Of a DNA stretch of 64,000 bases, positions 26,468 to 39,365 are shown piece after piece. Location of the stretch: contig NC_043004.1 in NCBI RefSeq assembly GCF_006345805.1, forward strand, positions 49,414,001-49,478,000. The letters run 5' to 3'. Made by a program: the position numbers and the translations under genes. The DNA is from Octopus sinensis. Taxonomy: Eukaryota. A model generated the notes under the pieces. That model was not told the origin of the DNA. It saw nothing but the letters and a program-made list of their open reading frames with translations, and did not search any database. Positions within the stretch are counted from its first letter, which is position 1; every line of letters starts with the position of its first letter.

Positions 26468-26629
26468 TGCAGGCCTAGCTGTTGGGGGTGTTTGTTTCCC
26501 CTTCATAAGTATATAAGGACACAGGAAATGTGTCAAGGCCGACAGGAAGCGTCGATGCTTCCTAGGGCTAAACAGCGGTGGTGTAATTCCCTTACGGGAT
26601 TGTCACGTTAAGTTGACAGTATACAACCA

Positions 26630-26668
<39 letters not shown>

Positions 26669-27256
26669 GCGAGAGAGAAAGAGATAGGTACATACATGTA
26701 TACATACACAAAAACAAAATGTACACATGAGATATAAACTGCTTGAAACATGAAAAAAAAATCAAGAAAAAGAAAATCAGCAGTGCTCTTGAACCCTCTC
26801 ACCTGAAGACATGCAGGTACACAACTGTTGTTGGATCATGTTAATGCAAAAAGGTGTATATGTGAAACATTCTGCAATTACCAGCTGATACTAATGCACA
26901 GAGACAGTTGTAATATTTTGGATTAAAGCATGTTCATTCCATCTCCTTGTATTATAATTTTTTTTGCATGGATTCTGTAGATATTAATGGATTTCCACAT
27001 GTATATCCAGTAATAGAATTCCTGCTGTATGATAGCATATGGTAGCTGATACCCATGGAGGAGCATGGTTAAAGGTTTTTACAAAGATGATATTAAATCA
27101 TCTGAAGAAACTAGTGATAGTCTGCTTTAAGCAAATAATATTTGTAAAAAGTTTGTAAAGTAGAAGTTGTGAATATCCTTGGAAGTGGAGAAGAAATTCA
27201 TATTTCAGAGTAGCATTCTTCATTGGCACAGTTAATTTTGTATGTATATCGCATGT

Positions 27257-27292
<36 letters not shown>

Positions 27293-27336
27293 GTATCACA
27301 CCACTCTCTGACTATATCTCTCCTTTATTATTCCAG

Positions 27337-27422
27337 ACAAAGTCCTCACAGATGCCATCAGTGAAGTTGTACTTCTACCTGCCACTCATGAGACAGTTTC
27401 AGATGCTTACAAACTGGCTAAG
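27337..27422 (+). CDS. RB1CC1: RB1CC1 coding exon 4 (DKVLTDAISEVVLLPATHETVSDAYKLAK)
   Basis: Acceptor ttccAG, donor GTATC, 86 nt phase 1->0. Resembles human LMMPAVFHTVASRTQLA. Confidence 0.88.
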
Positions 27423-27480
27423 GTATCTCTGCCTTTAAATCTTTGCCATCACAAATCATCATCAATGTTCTTATCATTAA

Positions 27481-27700
27481 CCCTTTAGTATTTAGATTAT
27501 TCTATCAAATCTATTCCTTATTTATTCACATTGTTTTGAATTAATCATGTATTATCACATAACTTTGAGATTTCGATGATGTGATTGTCTATTTTTAGAA
27601 TGACATTGTAGGATAAGTGTGAGAGGCCAGATCTGTGCAGTTTGAACATAAAACATGTAGAATATTTTGGCTGGATATGGCTGGTTTGAATGTCAAAGAG
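27481..27700. mobile_element. piggyBac-type MITE (family P2)
   Basis: TTAA flanks, CCCTTTAG start, collinear with the 21480 copy. Confidence 0.72.
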
Positions 27701-28893
27701 TTAATTATTATTGCTTACATTCTTTTTATTCTCTACCCAATCTTTTCCAACACTAAGTCATACTAAGTCAAACTAAGTGACCTATGGGCTACACGATAAA
27801 AAATAATGTAATATAAACATGTTTAAGCACAAGTATATAGCAATGGATTTTATTTCTGATATTGGTGGCTATAGTTATTATTGTTTAATTCCAGGTCAGC
27901 CCTAATCAAGCAATCCTATGGATAGGTCGTTAAAGCTGTGACTATTTTGCCATTTCTATTTTTAGGCAACATGTATCTATAATCACATTATCCTATGTGC
28001 TTTTCATATTTTAATACAATAGAGTACAATTTGAGGGAGAATTGGCTGCTATTCCTAGCTGTTTGAGTGTTGTTGTAAAGGCCTTTGATGGTACCAAGTC
28101 TGTACTTACTGAGTCGGGATAATGTCAAAAGTATTCTAGATGAGTCTCCTATATTTTTCCCCTAGACAGTGTATCTAAGACCATCATATAATAAGGTATT
28201 TTCCTTTTCTAGACAGTAGTATGTAATTTAAGGAAGATTTGGCTACAATTTTTTCCAGTTTGACAGACCACGTGGAAATCTCTTTCACTGGCTTGTGTTG
28301 ACTGTAACAGTTGGTATTTGTAACTTTGTTGTTTAGCCCCAGGTCAGCCATTTCAGCCATCACTATTCCATTTTGATCCATGTTGTATGATTACAGATCA
28401 CATTATCCAACATGACCTTCCTTTCGTAAGCCAATTAGGTGTCATTTGATAGAAATTTGGCTAATTTGGGCTTCAAATTTTGGCACAAGGCCAGCAACTT
28501 TGGGTAAAGGGGTGAGTTGATTACATCGACCCCACTGCTCAATTGGTACTTATTCTATGAACCTGAAAGGATAAAAGGCAATGCTGACCTTGGCGAAATT
28601 TGAACTCAGAATGTAAAGACAGACGAAATGCTGCTAAGTATTTCACTCAACATGCTAAAGATTCTGCTAGCTCACTGCCTTAAATTTGACTAATATTACT
28701 AACAGGTTAATTGATCACAGATGTTTGTGGTGGCTTTAGTAGTTAGTATTAATAACTTTATTTGATGTTGCTATTTAACCCTAGATCTGCTCAAAGTGAT
28801 CAGGCCTATGTTTAGTAGTGTTCCAGCAGTGATGATCTCATCTTTGGCCGATCTAAAGAAGTGGTATGTACAGAGTGAAAGCTTTCAACTAGT

Positions 28894-29222
28894 CTTTTAT
28901 TGTTTACTTGTTTCAGTCATTGGACAGCAGCCATGCTAGGGCACAACCTTGAAGGGTGGCACAAGTATTTATTTCTTAAGTCTGGTACTTATTCTATTAA
29001 TCTCTTTTGCTGAACCACTAAGTCAAGCAATGGGGGAAGAGACACAAGTACATAGACACAGCACACACATGATAAGCTGCTTTCAGTTTCCATCTACCAA
29101 GTCCACTCACAAGGCTTTGGCTAGCCAAGGTCTCTAGTAGAAGGCACTTGCCCAAAGTGCTGTGCAGTAGGACTGAACTCAAAATCATGTGGTTGAGAAG
29201 CAAACTTGTTACCATACAGCCA
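28894..29222 (-). mobile_element. Family A SINE, diverged
   Basis: Reverse-complement similarity with deletions. Confidence 0.7.
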
Positions 29223-29707
29223 AATAGTTTTGTTCTGCAAGACTTTCACAATTGTATTCTTGCATACATTAATGCTTTCATCATTGGATGCTTTCGTTTG
29301 TTACAGTAGTCTGTCAAATGTAAAGTCATTAAATTTGTAAATGAAATCTTTGAGTTTCATGTCGGTAATAAATAACACCAATCTTATTAGAATGTCACTG
29401 AATTTCTGCAGGAATAGAATGACATTTCCAGAAACATGTATTTGTCTGTGTTGTGAGGTGATGGTAATGCATTGGCATTTTGGAAATAAGACAGGTGATG
29501 GTGATGTATTGGCATTTTGGAAATAAAGCAGGTTATGTTATAGACACTCGAAACATCATTGACAGTGTAGGAGTCCAGTTGTGTTAATGCTGTACAATAA
29601 TTTCTGTATTTGCAAGATAGCGTGTCATGGAAGTAATTTCATATTGATGCAATAAGCTAGGTGGAAAATGATGGTAAAATGGAGTTAGATGAGGTCTTGA
29701 TATTTAA

Positions 29708-29921
29708 CCCTTTAGCACTCAGATGACTCTGTGAAATGTAATGTTTATTTATTCACATTGTTTTGAATTAATTATGCATTATTTTGTAGCTTTAAGGTAT
29801 TAAAGACTGTATGAATGTGAATGGCATTGTAGGGAAGGCGCAAGAAGCTGGATCTGGCTAGTTTGAAGTTAAAACTGTTGGAATATTTTGGTCAGATACG
29901 GCCAGTTTAAATGTTAAAGGA
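29708..29921. mobile_element. piggyBac-type MITE (family P2)
   Basis: ttaaCCCTTTAGCA start, collinear with the 21480 copy, degenerate right end. Confidence 0.65.
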
Positions 29922-30429
29922 TTCAATCAAAATATTTAAAAAATGAAATTTTTAAAAGGAAAAAAATTAATAGATAACAAAAGCCTTAACCCTTTTACTG
30001 TGAAAATCGGATATCTTCACTCAAAATTTCATTACCCTTAACTGCAGAAAGCATTTTTTTTTAATACTATTCTAATTTCGGTTGGAATGTCAAGTTTATT
30101 GTGAGACAACATAATTTGCAGAAAACACCAATTTTATTTTTCGTTAGATATTTAACATCATAACCAAATAACCATAAAATTTAATTTCATAATTAAAAAA
30201 TTAAATAATGAAAGTATTATGTCTCGTTGATTATTTCCAAGTATTTTTTTGCCAATTCAAAAAAAAAAAAATTAAAAAGACATTTTCCTTCTATAGAATA
30301 TATATGATTATATTAGCTTTGGTATCTTTTCTCTTAGAGATGGAGTGTGCAAGAGATTTAACTGCTACTTTAAGCAGGTCAAGCAACCACATTGAGGCTC
30401 TCTCTCATTAGTATTAGCAGTTATAAGGA

Positions 30430-31110
30430 GGGGTAGAATTGATAGATTTTCAGACTGAATACTCTTAGGCATTTAGTTGCATTTCCTTCTGTTTTGAATT
30501 CAAATCCAACTGGGGACAATTTTGCTTTTCAACTTTGAAGGATTGATAAAATAATTGCCAATCAAGTACAGGGCTTAATGAAATTAAGTATACCACTCTC
30601 ACAAAATGTGTGACCTTGTGTCACTTTTGGAAATGATTACCTGTTAGGCATTAAAGGCAGTATGTGACAAGCTGGTAGAATTGTTAGCATGCCAGATTAT
30701 ATGCATAGCGATATTTCTTCTGGATTTTTATATTCTGAGTTCAGAATCTGTCAAAGTCAACTCTACCTTTTATCCTTTTGGGGTCAATAAAATAAGTTCT
30801 GGTTGAGTCCTGGGGTCAGTGTAATCAACTAGCTCCCTCCCCACAATTTCAAGCCTTGTGCCTATAGTAGAAAGAATTATTAATGTTGGTGGGTGTCAGA
30901 AATGGTAGGGTATCTGGCAAAAATGCTAGGTATGTATTTAGTTACTTCCCTTTACATTCTGAGTTTAAAAAAACTACTGAAATTCATTTTACCTTTGTCC
31001 TTCTGAGGTTCATGAAATAAGTACCAATTGAGAATAGAATTTACTTTAATTGACAATTCCTCATCTTCCCACAAAATTGCTGGGTCTGTATTGTCCTTAT
31101 GGCAAATAAA
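30430..31110 (+). repeat. Cluster of ~3 diverged family B SINEs
   Basis: Repeated gagttcaaa / ataaaataagtaccag-like cores. Confidence 0.65.
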
Positions 31111-31261
31111 TGAAACCATCACCTCCACCTTCATCATCACTGTCATTATTATTTTGGTTTCCAGCAAGTGCTTATATTATTTCTATGTTATGCTATTGAC
31201 CATGTATTTGTCTTCTTTCCTCATGACCCTCTGACCATTGACAATACCCTTCTGTTCACAG

Positions 31262-31377
31262 GAAACAGTTGAATGTGATAAGAGTCGTATGGAAGCCAGT
31301 GAACGTCTGATACATGACCAGCACTTGCAGCAGCAAGGATGGGCAGCAGCTATAGCCAATCTTGATGATCATCTGGC
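31262..31377 (+). CDS. RB1CC1: RB1CC1 coding exon 5 (ETVECDKSRMEASERLIHDQHLQQQGWAAAIANLDDHL)
   Basis: Hallmark HDQHLQQQGWAAAIANL (human HDEHLQHQGWAAIMANL). AG/GTATGT boundaries, 116 nt. Confidence 0.95.
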
Positions 31378-31963
31378 GTATGTACCATTTGTGACAGATC
31401 TCTTCTGGTTGCCCTTCACCATCTCTCTTTCAGCCTGTGATGTTGTTACTAAGTGTCCCTCCTCACTATTTTCTATTGCTATTTTGAATGAGGTACAAGC
31501 CTACTAGTTAGGATGTAGGACTCGTGATCGGAAAGCTACAGTTTTAATTCCCAGATTAAGTGGCATCTTGTGGTTTTGAGCAAAAGCACTTCATTTCATG
31601 CTACTCCAGTCCATTCTGCTGAAAATGAGTACCCACAACTGAGGGTTAATTCTGTTGGTGACAGACTGTTGTCTCATTCAGGAGTGAGTACTGTACTCTC
31701 TGTGTCAGACTGATGTCTTATTCACAAGTGAGTATTGTGTTCTCTGTGATAGCCTGGTGTATCATTCAGGAGAGATTCTTGTACTCTCTGTGATAGACAG
31801 GTGCCTTGTTCAAGAGTGAATAGTGTACTCTTGGTTGCTTATACCTCATGGAAACTAGCATAAGATATCTAACAAAGTAGTGTGATGATATCACAGGTTG
31901 AGTTTCTGAACTGTGTGATGTCACAATGCCACTTTCTGGATTCTTTCTCTTTTTCTCTTTCAG

Positions 31964-32050
31964 GTCTTTCAATAGAAGAGCAGAAAAATTCCAAAGTACC
32001 TGTAATATATTTCTAAAGACACAAGAAGAATCCCTTGAAATGTTATCAAA
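31964..32050 (+). CDS. RB1CC1: RB1CC1 coding exon 6 (SFNRRAEKFQSTCNIFLKTQEESLEMLS)
   Basis: Long polypyrimidine tract plus cAG, donor GTAAGT, 87 nt phase 2->2. Confidence 0.88.
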
Positions 32051-32269
32051 GTAAGTCTTTCCTCTTCACAATCATCTTTCTGTATCACTTACTGGTTTTG
32101 TTCTTTTTTAGGGTAACTTTATATATATCTGGGCATATATATATATGTATGTATTTTATTCACCTTACTTCGAGCTGTGCAAATACTATTGGACTGACTT
32201 GGTGCCTCAACATAAGTACCTAAGTCAACTGAATCTTAATTATAAATGTGTGTGTGTGTGTGTGTGTGC

Positions 32270-32661
32270 AGGCAGGCATGGCTGTGAGGCAAGAAGTTTG
32301 CTTCCTAACCATATGGTTCTGTGTTCCTACTGCATCGCACCTTAGGCAAGTGCCTTCTACTATAACCTTGGGCTGACCAAAGCCTTTGAGTGGATTTGGT
32401 AGACACAAGCTCAAAGAAGCCTGTTGTGTGTGTGTGTGTGTGTGCGCATATCTTTGTGTCTTTGTTCATTCCCCACCACCACCACTTGACAGGTGGTGTT
32501 GATGTGCTTAAGTTCTTATAACGTAGCAGTTCAGCAAAATAATCTGACAGAATAAGTTCCAGGCTTAAAAAATAAAAGCAACAGTCTCAGTTCATTTGGC
32601 TAAAATTCTTCAAGGCAATGATCTAGCATGGCCACAATCTAATGACTGAAACAAGTAAGAG

Positions 32662-32665
<4 letters not shown>
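32270..32665 (+). mobile_element. Family A SINE, diverged
   Basis: Head, (TG)n and 3' end recognisable. Confidence 0.72.
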
Positions 32666-32698
<33 letters not shown>

Positions 32699-32872
32699 TC
32701 ACAGTGAGCTTATGTATCTTAATTATGCTATTTTATAAATAATGATGTGCATTGCTAATGAAATAACTTTCACTTTCACATACCTTTTGTCTCTCTCCTT
32801 AACTCCACTCACTACTCACCTCCTGTTACCTCAGTCCATTAATATACACCATTGTTCTATGTTTTCTCTCAG

Positions 32873-33044
32873 TGTTCCAGGGATTTTAAGACTTCTTGGC
32901 CGTATTCCACTGTTAAACAGTCTTCAGACGTTAGTGTCCAGTCCTCTCTCACAAACTAATCCTGTTGAACCTGCTATGCTTGAAGATGTTAGTGATGGTG
33001 GTGGTCATTGTTCACCTTCATTGCTAGACTGGATATATCAACAG
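32873..33044 (+). CDS. RB1CC1: RB1CC1 coding exon 7 (VPGILRLLGRIPLLNSL...SLLDWIYQQ)
   Basis: IPLL and SLLDWI motifs conserved with FIP200. Acceptor ttctctcAG, donor GTAATT, 172 nt. Confidence 0.93.
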
Positions 33045-33065
33045 GTAATTTACTACATACACATC

Positions 33066-33098
<33 letters not shown>

Positions 33099-33390
33099 GT
33101 CTCTATGTCTCTCTTCATTTCTCACTCTACTCTCTCTTTCCACCCTAAATTATTATTACTTGTAATAAAGTAAGCTGTCTGTACATTAAACTAAGAAACC
33201 AGCTACTGTAAAGTTAAATTATCACGATAATGTGTGGCTTGCATTGATATGGAAGCTAAGATACTATAGATATAAAACTACACTCCAATTGTGTGTGGTA
33301 CTTATCACATTCCATACGTCATACTCTCTGTTGTGTGGAGTATGAGTGAAACTTCAACCACTCATTGTTTGTGTCTGTTTGTCTCCCCAG

Positions 33391-33447
33391 GACCCTCGCA
33401 GCAGTTTAGAAGATATGGTCGAGCAATGTAGAGTGATTTCTGAACAG
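33391..33447 (+). CDS. RB1CC1: RB1CC1 coding exon 8 (DPRSSLEDMVEQCRVISEQ)
   Basis: Acceptor ctccccAG, donor GTATGT, 57 nt phase 0->0. Confidence 0.9.
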
Positions 33448-33744
33448 GTATGTTATTCTTGTTGTGTACACTTTCTCCATCTCTCTCACAAACACACACA
33501 TATACAAGACATTATTTCAAATAATTAAACCATTAATTTATTTGTGCTTCCTCCTCTACCACCCAGTTCCACTCTACTATCTGTCCCCTCCACTTTACCT
33601 CAACTCTAACCACTTCAACTATCACTTTTTCTTAACTTTGCCCTACTGATTTCTCTATTCTTTTACCTTTGTGTTTCTCTCTATCTCTTTTCTCCCACCT
33701 CAACTCCCCTCTGTTGCCTCTCAACTCTCACTTCACTCTTCCAG

Positions 33745-33915
33745 ATAAGTCAGAAGAATGTAGAGAAGTTAATGCAGGAGATTGATGATATGCTCAAATT
33801 TATTGACCGTCCTGACATGAAGGAGGTGAAAGGTCTGGAGAATCGCCTCTACCAGTTGGACCACTTGATAACCAACACTCGTACCATAATGGATAAACAG
33901 ACCAAGTTCTATCAG
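33745..33915 (+). CDS. RB1CC1: RB1CC1 coding exon 9 (ISQKNVEKLMQE...MKEVKGLENRLYQLDHLI...QTKFYQ)
   Basis: MKEVKGLENRLYQLD resembles human MKAIKGLEDRLYALD. Acceptor ttccAG, donor GTAAC, 171 nt. Not in the supplied ORF track. Confidence 0.94.
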
Positions 33916-34847
33916 GTAACTCTTATGTAGTCTGGCTGTTATGATGGTAACATTAAGTGTTCAAATCCACTTCATCTTGTCTACTGTTTTTATTTCATGT
34001 TACTCACACTGAGGACATATCCACACCTAGAATATACTTAAGCCATCTGACTTGACCTGTGATACACCTATAAACATTTGTCTTAATCTGTAACATATTC
34101 ACCTTAAACAAAAACTGTCTTAGCCTGTGATATACACACTCATGCATATACACACTAACATTCACAACACACATTCTTGGAAAGAAAATGTTGTAACCTG
34201 TGGCAATATTTGACCTAAAATTCTGCTGAACACAGTTAAAGAAACTTGCTAAAAGTTTGGTGCTTGTTGTTTGTCTAATTGCAGATTGGATCTCTGACCA
34301 GGCTTCTCATGACAACAAACTCCACTTGTATTATAAAATGGGTAGTGAATAGATGTGGCTTTGGTGTGGCCCTAACCAGATAAGAACTGGGCTATTTTGA
34401 CAGGGATGGCCATGTCTATTCACTGGCTAGTTTTGGTTTCACTTTCAGCAGCTGGGTCCCTTTAGTGTACAGTGCTATTGTTCAGTGGTCAGACTAAATT
34501 ATCATATCTCAGAACTATTTTGCATTGTGTGCTTAGTCCATCAGTGATACTCTCTTGTAGGCTTTAGTGTTTTAGTAGCAACTGCTGTGAAAGTTTGAGA
34601 CATTGAGGGATATCCTGCTTCAACAAAGCAAGGACACAGGACTCTGGAAGCAAACATATAGGTTGTTATCACAGCATCACTTGGTCAGATATCAAACAAA
34701 CTATCTTTACCTGTGACATACCCACACATGCAGAGGAAACTAGTAGTGGTCTGCATTAGCAGAAAGTATTTTGTAAACAAGTTACAACAATCCATCACAC
34801 AAGTTTACATCACAGTACAACATGGACATTTACTTTCTTTTGGACAG

Positions 34848-35029
34848 AAATTTTCCAGCCAGTTAGAAACGACTAGCAGAATGGATTGTGAGTGCCTGTC
34901 GGAGTACTGGAAGAACCACAAAAAGGATCTGATGGATCTCTCCGAGGGACACAATCAAATTAAAATATTCAGGAAGAGATGCTGCAAGGCCAAAGAAGAA
35001 CTCAGTAAGAACCTCCATGTTCGCCTTCA
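34848..35029 (+). CDS. RB1CC1: RB1CC1 coding exon 10 (KFSSQLETTSR...RCCKAKEELSKNLHVRL)
   Basis: AKEELSKNLHVRL resembles human AKQELANNLHVRL. Donor ca|GTAAGT, 182 nt. Confidence 0.93.
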
Positions 35030-35264
35030 GTAAGTAGTTGACTTTCATCTCAGTTGTTTGACTTGGTCAGTAGCTAATAGGCATCAGATTTTGGTGTTGA
35101 TAATTATCCTGTAATCCAGGGTCACCTAACCATCAGATGGTGGGCCGATATTGGGTCATAGATCATTTGATTCCAGGCTGCACAGAAAGAATAAATTTTA
35201 AAATTTTATTTCTATTTTATTGACTTTTGCAGTCTGCATGGTGTTTTTACATTATATAGTTGTG

Positions 35265-35597
35265 AAGGTGCATGGCTCAGTGGTTAGAGCGCCGAGCTTA
35301 CAATCGTGAGGTTGTGAGTTTGAACCTGGACCGGGCTGTGTGTTGTGTTCTTGAGCAAGACACTTCATTTCACGTTGCTCCGGTTCACTCAGCTGTAGAA
35401 AAGAGTTGCGATGTCACAGGTGCCAAGCTATATTGGCTGGTGCCTTTCCTTTGGATAACACTGGTGTCATGGAGAGGGGAGGCCGGTATGCATGGGTGAC
35501 TGCTGGTCTTCCATAAACAGCTTTGCCTGGACTTGTACCTGGGAGGGTATTTTCTAGGTGCAATCCTACAGTCAGTCATGACCAAAGGGGGTCTCAG
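35265..35597 (+). mobile_element. tRNA-derived SINE family C (Meta/CORE-like central region)
   Basis: A box tggctcagtgg, B-box-like gagtttgaacc, gtgttcttgagcaagacact. Other copies at 26051-26176 (5' part), ~60915-61140 and ~31500-31680. Confidence 0.78.
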
Positions 35598-36299
35598 CAA
35601 TGTAATATATATGTAATAATTAAATTATGTATTAAGCACTTAATTGTTTTTATGTTATACTCATGACTCCCTGGTCTGTGGGGAAAATTGTCTTGTATGA
35701 AACTGGTCTGTAAAAAAAAGTTTGGGGACTGCTGCTGTAATCTATTGGGCCCTTGGGTCACTCCTGAAGCTTCCTCTGCTCTATCCATCTCTGTGTAATG
35801 TACCTTGTATTAGACAGTCTGATAGATCTCGATACTATACTCACATGTGGAGTTGCAATCAACTCTACTTTAATGTTGCAGAGATTTTACTACCTTGTAC
35901 TTTTTTTACAGTATAGTTGTTAAGGACTTTGGTATTTTACCTACAGACAAACATCATTTCTAGTAAGACATGAACCAGTCACTTCTCTACCAGTTGTCTG
36001 ATATTCCAGCAGTTCACGTGTGTTCTTGCAAGCTTTTGTTTATAAACTTGTCTTATAATAATTGTTTCTATTTTAAGCACATAGTCAACTCTTTTGAGGG
36101 GTGGGGCAGGGAGTTGTCAATAACATCAGTCCCTGCATTAGACTGGTGCTTTATTTTATTGACCTCTGAAGGAATAAAAGGCAGTTTGACCTTGTCTTAT
36201 AATAATGGAAATTGGAGTAGAACATTCATCTTGATTGATCTCAGTACTTGATTGGTATTTTATTACAGAAAATCTTGATGTAAGAAAGCTTCATAATAA

Positions 36300-37530
36300 C
36301 CCTTTTTACTATAGGCACAAAGCCTGAAATCTTTGGTGGAGGGGCTAGCTGATTACATCAATCCCAGTGCTCAGCTGGTACTTTTTTTATCAACTCCAAA
36401 TGAATGGAAGACCAAGTTGACCTTGGCAGAATTTGAACTCAGAGCAGAAGGATGGATGAAATGCTGCTAAGTATTTTGCTTGGCATACTAATGATTCTGC
36501 CACCTTGAATATTGGCTTCAAATTTTTGCACAAGGCCAGCAGTTTCTGGGGAGGGGTTAAGTTGATTACATTGGCCTCACTTCTTAACTGGTATTCAGTT
36601 AATCAACCCCCAATAGAATGAAAGGCAAAGTTGACCTCAGCAGAATTTGAACTTAGAACGAAGATGAAATACTGTTCAACGTGCTAATGATTCTGTCAGC
36701 TCACCACTTAAATAATAATAATAATAATAATAATGGGGGAGCATCATAGCCATGTGTTGAGAGGGATTCTTTGGGGTTTGAATGATTCACCTCTGGAAAC
36801 ATGGGTGTTTCACTCAACATCCTTAAACAACCCTTAATCAGGGACCTTTTGAGTGGGATGGGTTACTCAACCAGAAGAAAATTCTAACTGGGCCCCACCC
36901 ACAAGGTCATGCGCTGTTTATCTTGTTATGAGATCACCATGTCGCGCACATATGGTTGTGATGCATGTGCCTGGTGTACCCTTATCAGACGGGTAGTCAT
37001 GATGGGTATACTGGGCTTCGTATATTTTACCCCAGCGTCACTTTGATGGCATGCACTGCTCTCTCATTCAATAATAATAATATTAATCTTTTCTACTATA
37101 GGCACAAGGCATGAAATCTTTTGGGGAAAGGGTTAAGTTGATTACATTGATGCCAGTACTCAACTAGTACTTAATTTATTCACCCTGAAAGGATGGAAAG
37201 CAAAATCGACCTTAGTGGAATTTTAATTCTGACTGTAAAGACAGACGAAATACTGCTAAACATTTTGCCCAGTGTCTTAACAATTCTGCCAGCTCTTGCC
37301 TTCATAATAATAATGATGTTTTCAAATTTTGGCACAATGCCAGCAATTTTGAGGGAGAGGGTAAATCAATTACATTGACCCCAGTACTTAACTGATACTT
37401 ATTTATTGACCCTGAAAGGGTGAAAGGCGAAGTTGACCCTGACAGTATTTGAACTCAGAACGTAAAGATGGACGAAATGTTGCAAAGCATTTTGCCCAGT
37501 GTGCTAACGATTCTGCCAGCTCAGTGCCTT
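36300..37530 (-). repeat. Tandem cluster of ~4 family B SINEs interrupted by an (AAT)n-tailed element at ~36735-37080
   Basis: Repeated ggcacaaggcc...atttgaactcagaac units. The interrupting element has an inverted partial copy at ~52370-52620. Confidence 0.7.
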
Positions 37531-37875
37531 AAAATAATATTTCATTTACCATTAAAGCAACAGCTGAAGAAATTATAAGGACAGTAGCCGAAGCACAATA
37601 CCACAGATTTCAAGTGAGGGCACAGACAATTAAATGAACCCCAGTATTTCATTGGTAATTTAATTTACCCCTAGAGGGACGGCTGATAATTTTGGCTTTT
37701 GTGAGATTTGATTTGAAATAAAACAAGGCATATTATCTGTCTTTTCATTGATTCTGGCAATTCACCATCCTTGATGATAATGTTGAGGATAACGGTGATT
37801 GGGCATCACGTTAGATAACCCTTTAAATGTTTTTGTGATGGTTAACACGGCTGTTTACTGTTTGCTTTTGTCTAG

Positions 37876-38062
37876 ATGGGTCATGTATGTGGAGCAGCTG
37901 ATTATGGAGAAGGAGAGGAAGATAAAGATTGAGTCTGAGAAGATCAAAAGACAACGCAAACATCTGAAGATTTTACAGCAAGTGCACGATTCAGCCAAGA
38001 TGTACATTAATGCTTTGGTGGAGATAATACGTCGCAAGAACTATTCCACACAATTCCTAACT
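37876..38062 (+). CDS. RB1CC1: RB1CC1 coding exon 11 (WVMYVEQLIMEK...MYINALVEIIRRKNYSTQFLT)
   Basis: MYINALVEIIRRK resembles human MYCLAVVEVVRRK. Acceptor tctAG, donor GTAAGT, 187 nt. Confidence 0.94.
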
Positions 38063-38069
38063 GTAAGTA

Positions 38070-38124
<55 letters not shown>

Positions 38125-38520
38125 AGTAAGATTAATTTCTCAACCAATGTTGCTATCTGAGAAGTTTTGATGTGTAAACCATTACACCGTGCACAATCAC
38201 CATCACCATTTAACGTCCACTTACCAGTGTTTGCATGGGTTAGATGGAGTTTACTTTGAGGCAGATTTTCTGCTGCTGCTGGATGCTCTTCTTGTTGCCA
38301 ACTCTCACCTGTTTCCAAGTAAAGTAATATTTGCACGGACATGTTCATACAATATATTAGAAATGAAAGACACTGCTTGTATAATTGTAATACTCATTTA
38401 CAACTATCACACAATATCAAGACAAAGAGAGAGATACACGCACGCGCGCGCGCGCGCGTCAGGTATCTTTCATTTTCTGTCTAACAAGTCCACTCACTTG
38501 ATTTAGGTTGACCCAAGGCT

Positions 38521-38800
38521 AAATTTTTTCACGCTGAGAGTTGCTGAAGCAAGGAACAAACTGCCGGCATCAGTTGTTAGTTGTCGGAGCACTGCATCCT
38601 TCAAAACTTCCATGCTTTCTGAGATTCGTCAACACTACACCTGATTTCCTCCCCTCCATACACACACAAGCATGTATCTGACTCGTACATTGTTCGCTTT
38701 CCAGACATTTGTACATTACTGCATATACTTTATACGCATTTTCTGACAAGTTGTGGTGCACCTGAGCACTGTATACAATAATTTCATTATTATTATTATT
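38521..38800 (+). mobile_element. CR1/L2-like LINE 3' end nested in a family-A SINE
   Basis: NFFTLRVAEARNKLPASVVSCRSTASFK, then 3'UTR and (att)n tail. SINE sequence resumes on both sides. Confidence 0.7.
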
Positions 38801-39365
38801 TTAAAGAAGACACATACCCAAGGTGCCACACGATGGGACTGAACCTGAAACCATATAGTTTGGAAGGAAACTTCTTCCCAGACGACCACACTCATCCCTC
38901 AGGCATAGCATTACAGCATTATTTTGTACAGCCGCTACACACACTGACCAAGTCCCAACTCACCCTATGTGTTCACTGATCACTCTGCATATCACCAGCT
39001 CTACTGCCAGCTGCCCCAGAGTCTCTTGAAATCAATGTGGTTTGAATTGAACCAGTGTCTCTGAAGATGAGAAGTTAACAAAATATCCATCCGCTTCACA
39101 GCTGTATTTGCTGCATTAGGTACCAGTTATACACTGAGATCAGGCAGATTGGCTGCAGTTTGAACTTAATGGACCCACTTACTAGGGAATCAGTGGTAGC
39201 TATGCATGTCTTCTAAGGATTTCAAGATCCAGTTGGCATGGTTGGGATTGAACCTGTAAAGTTGGAGTGGCAACATATTGACTAGCAGAATTTGAACTTG
39301 TATCCAGTACCTTCTCTCTTCTATATTTTAATCAATATGAAAAGGAAAACAAAATATATATATAT

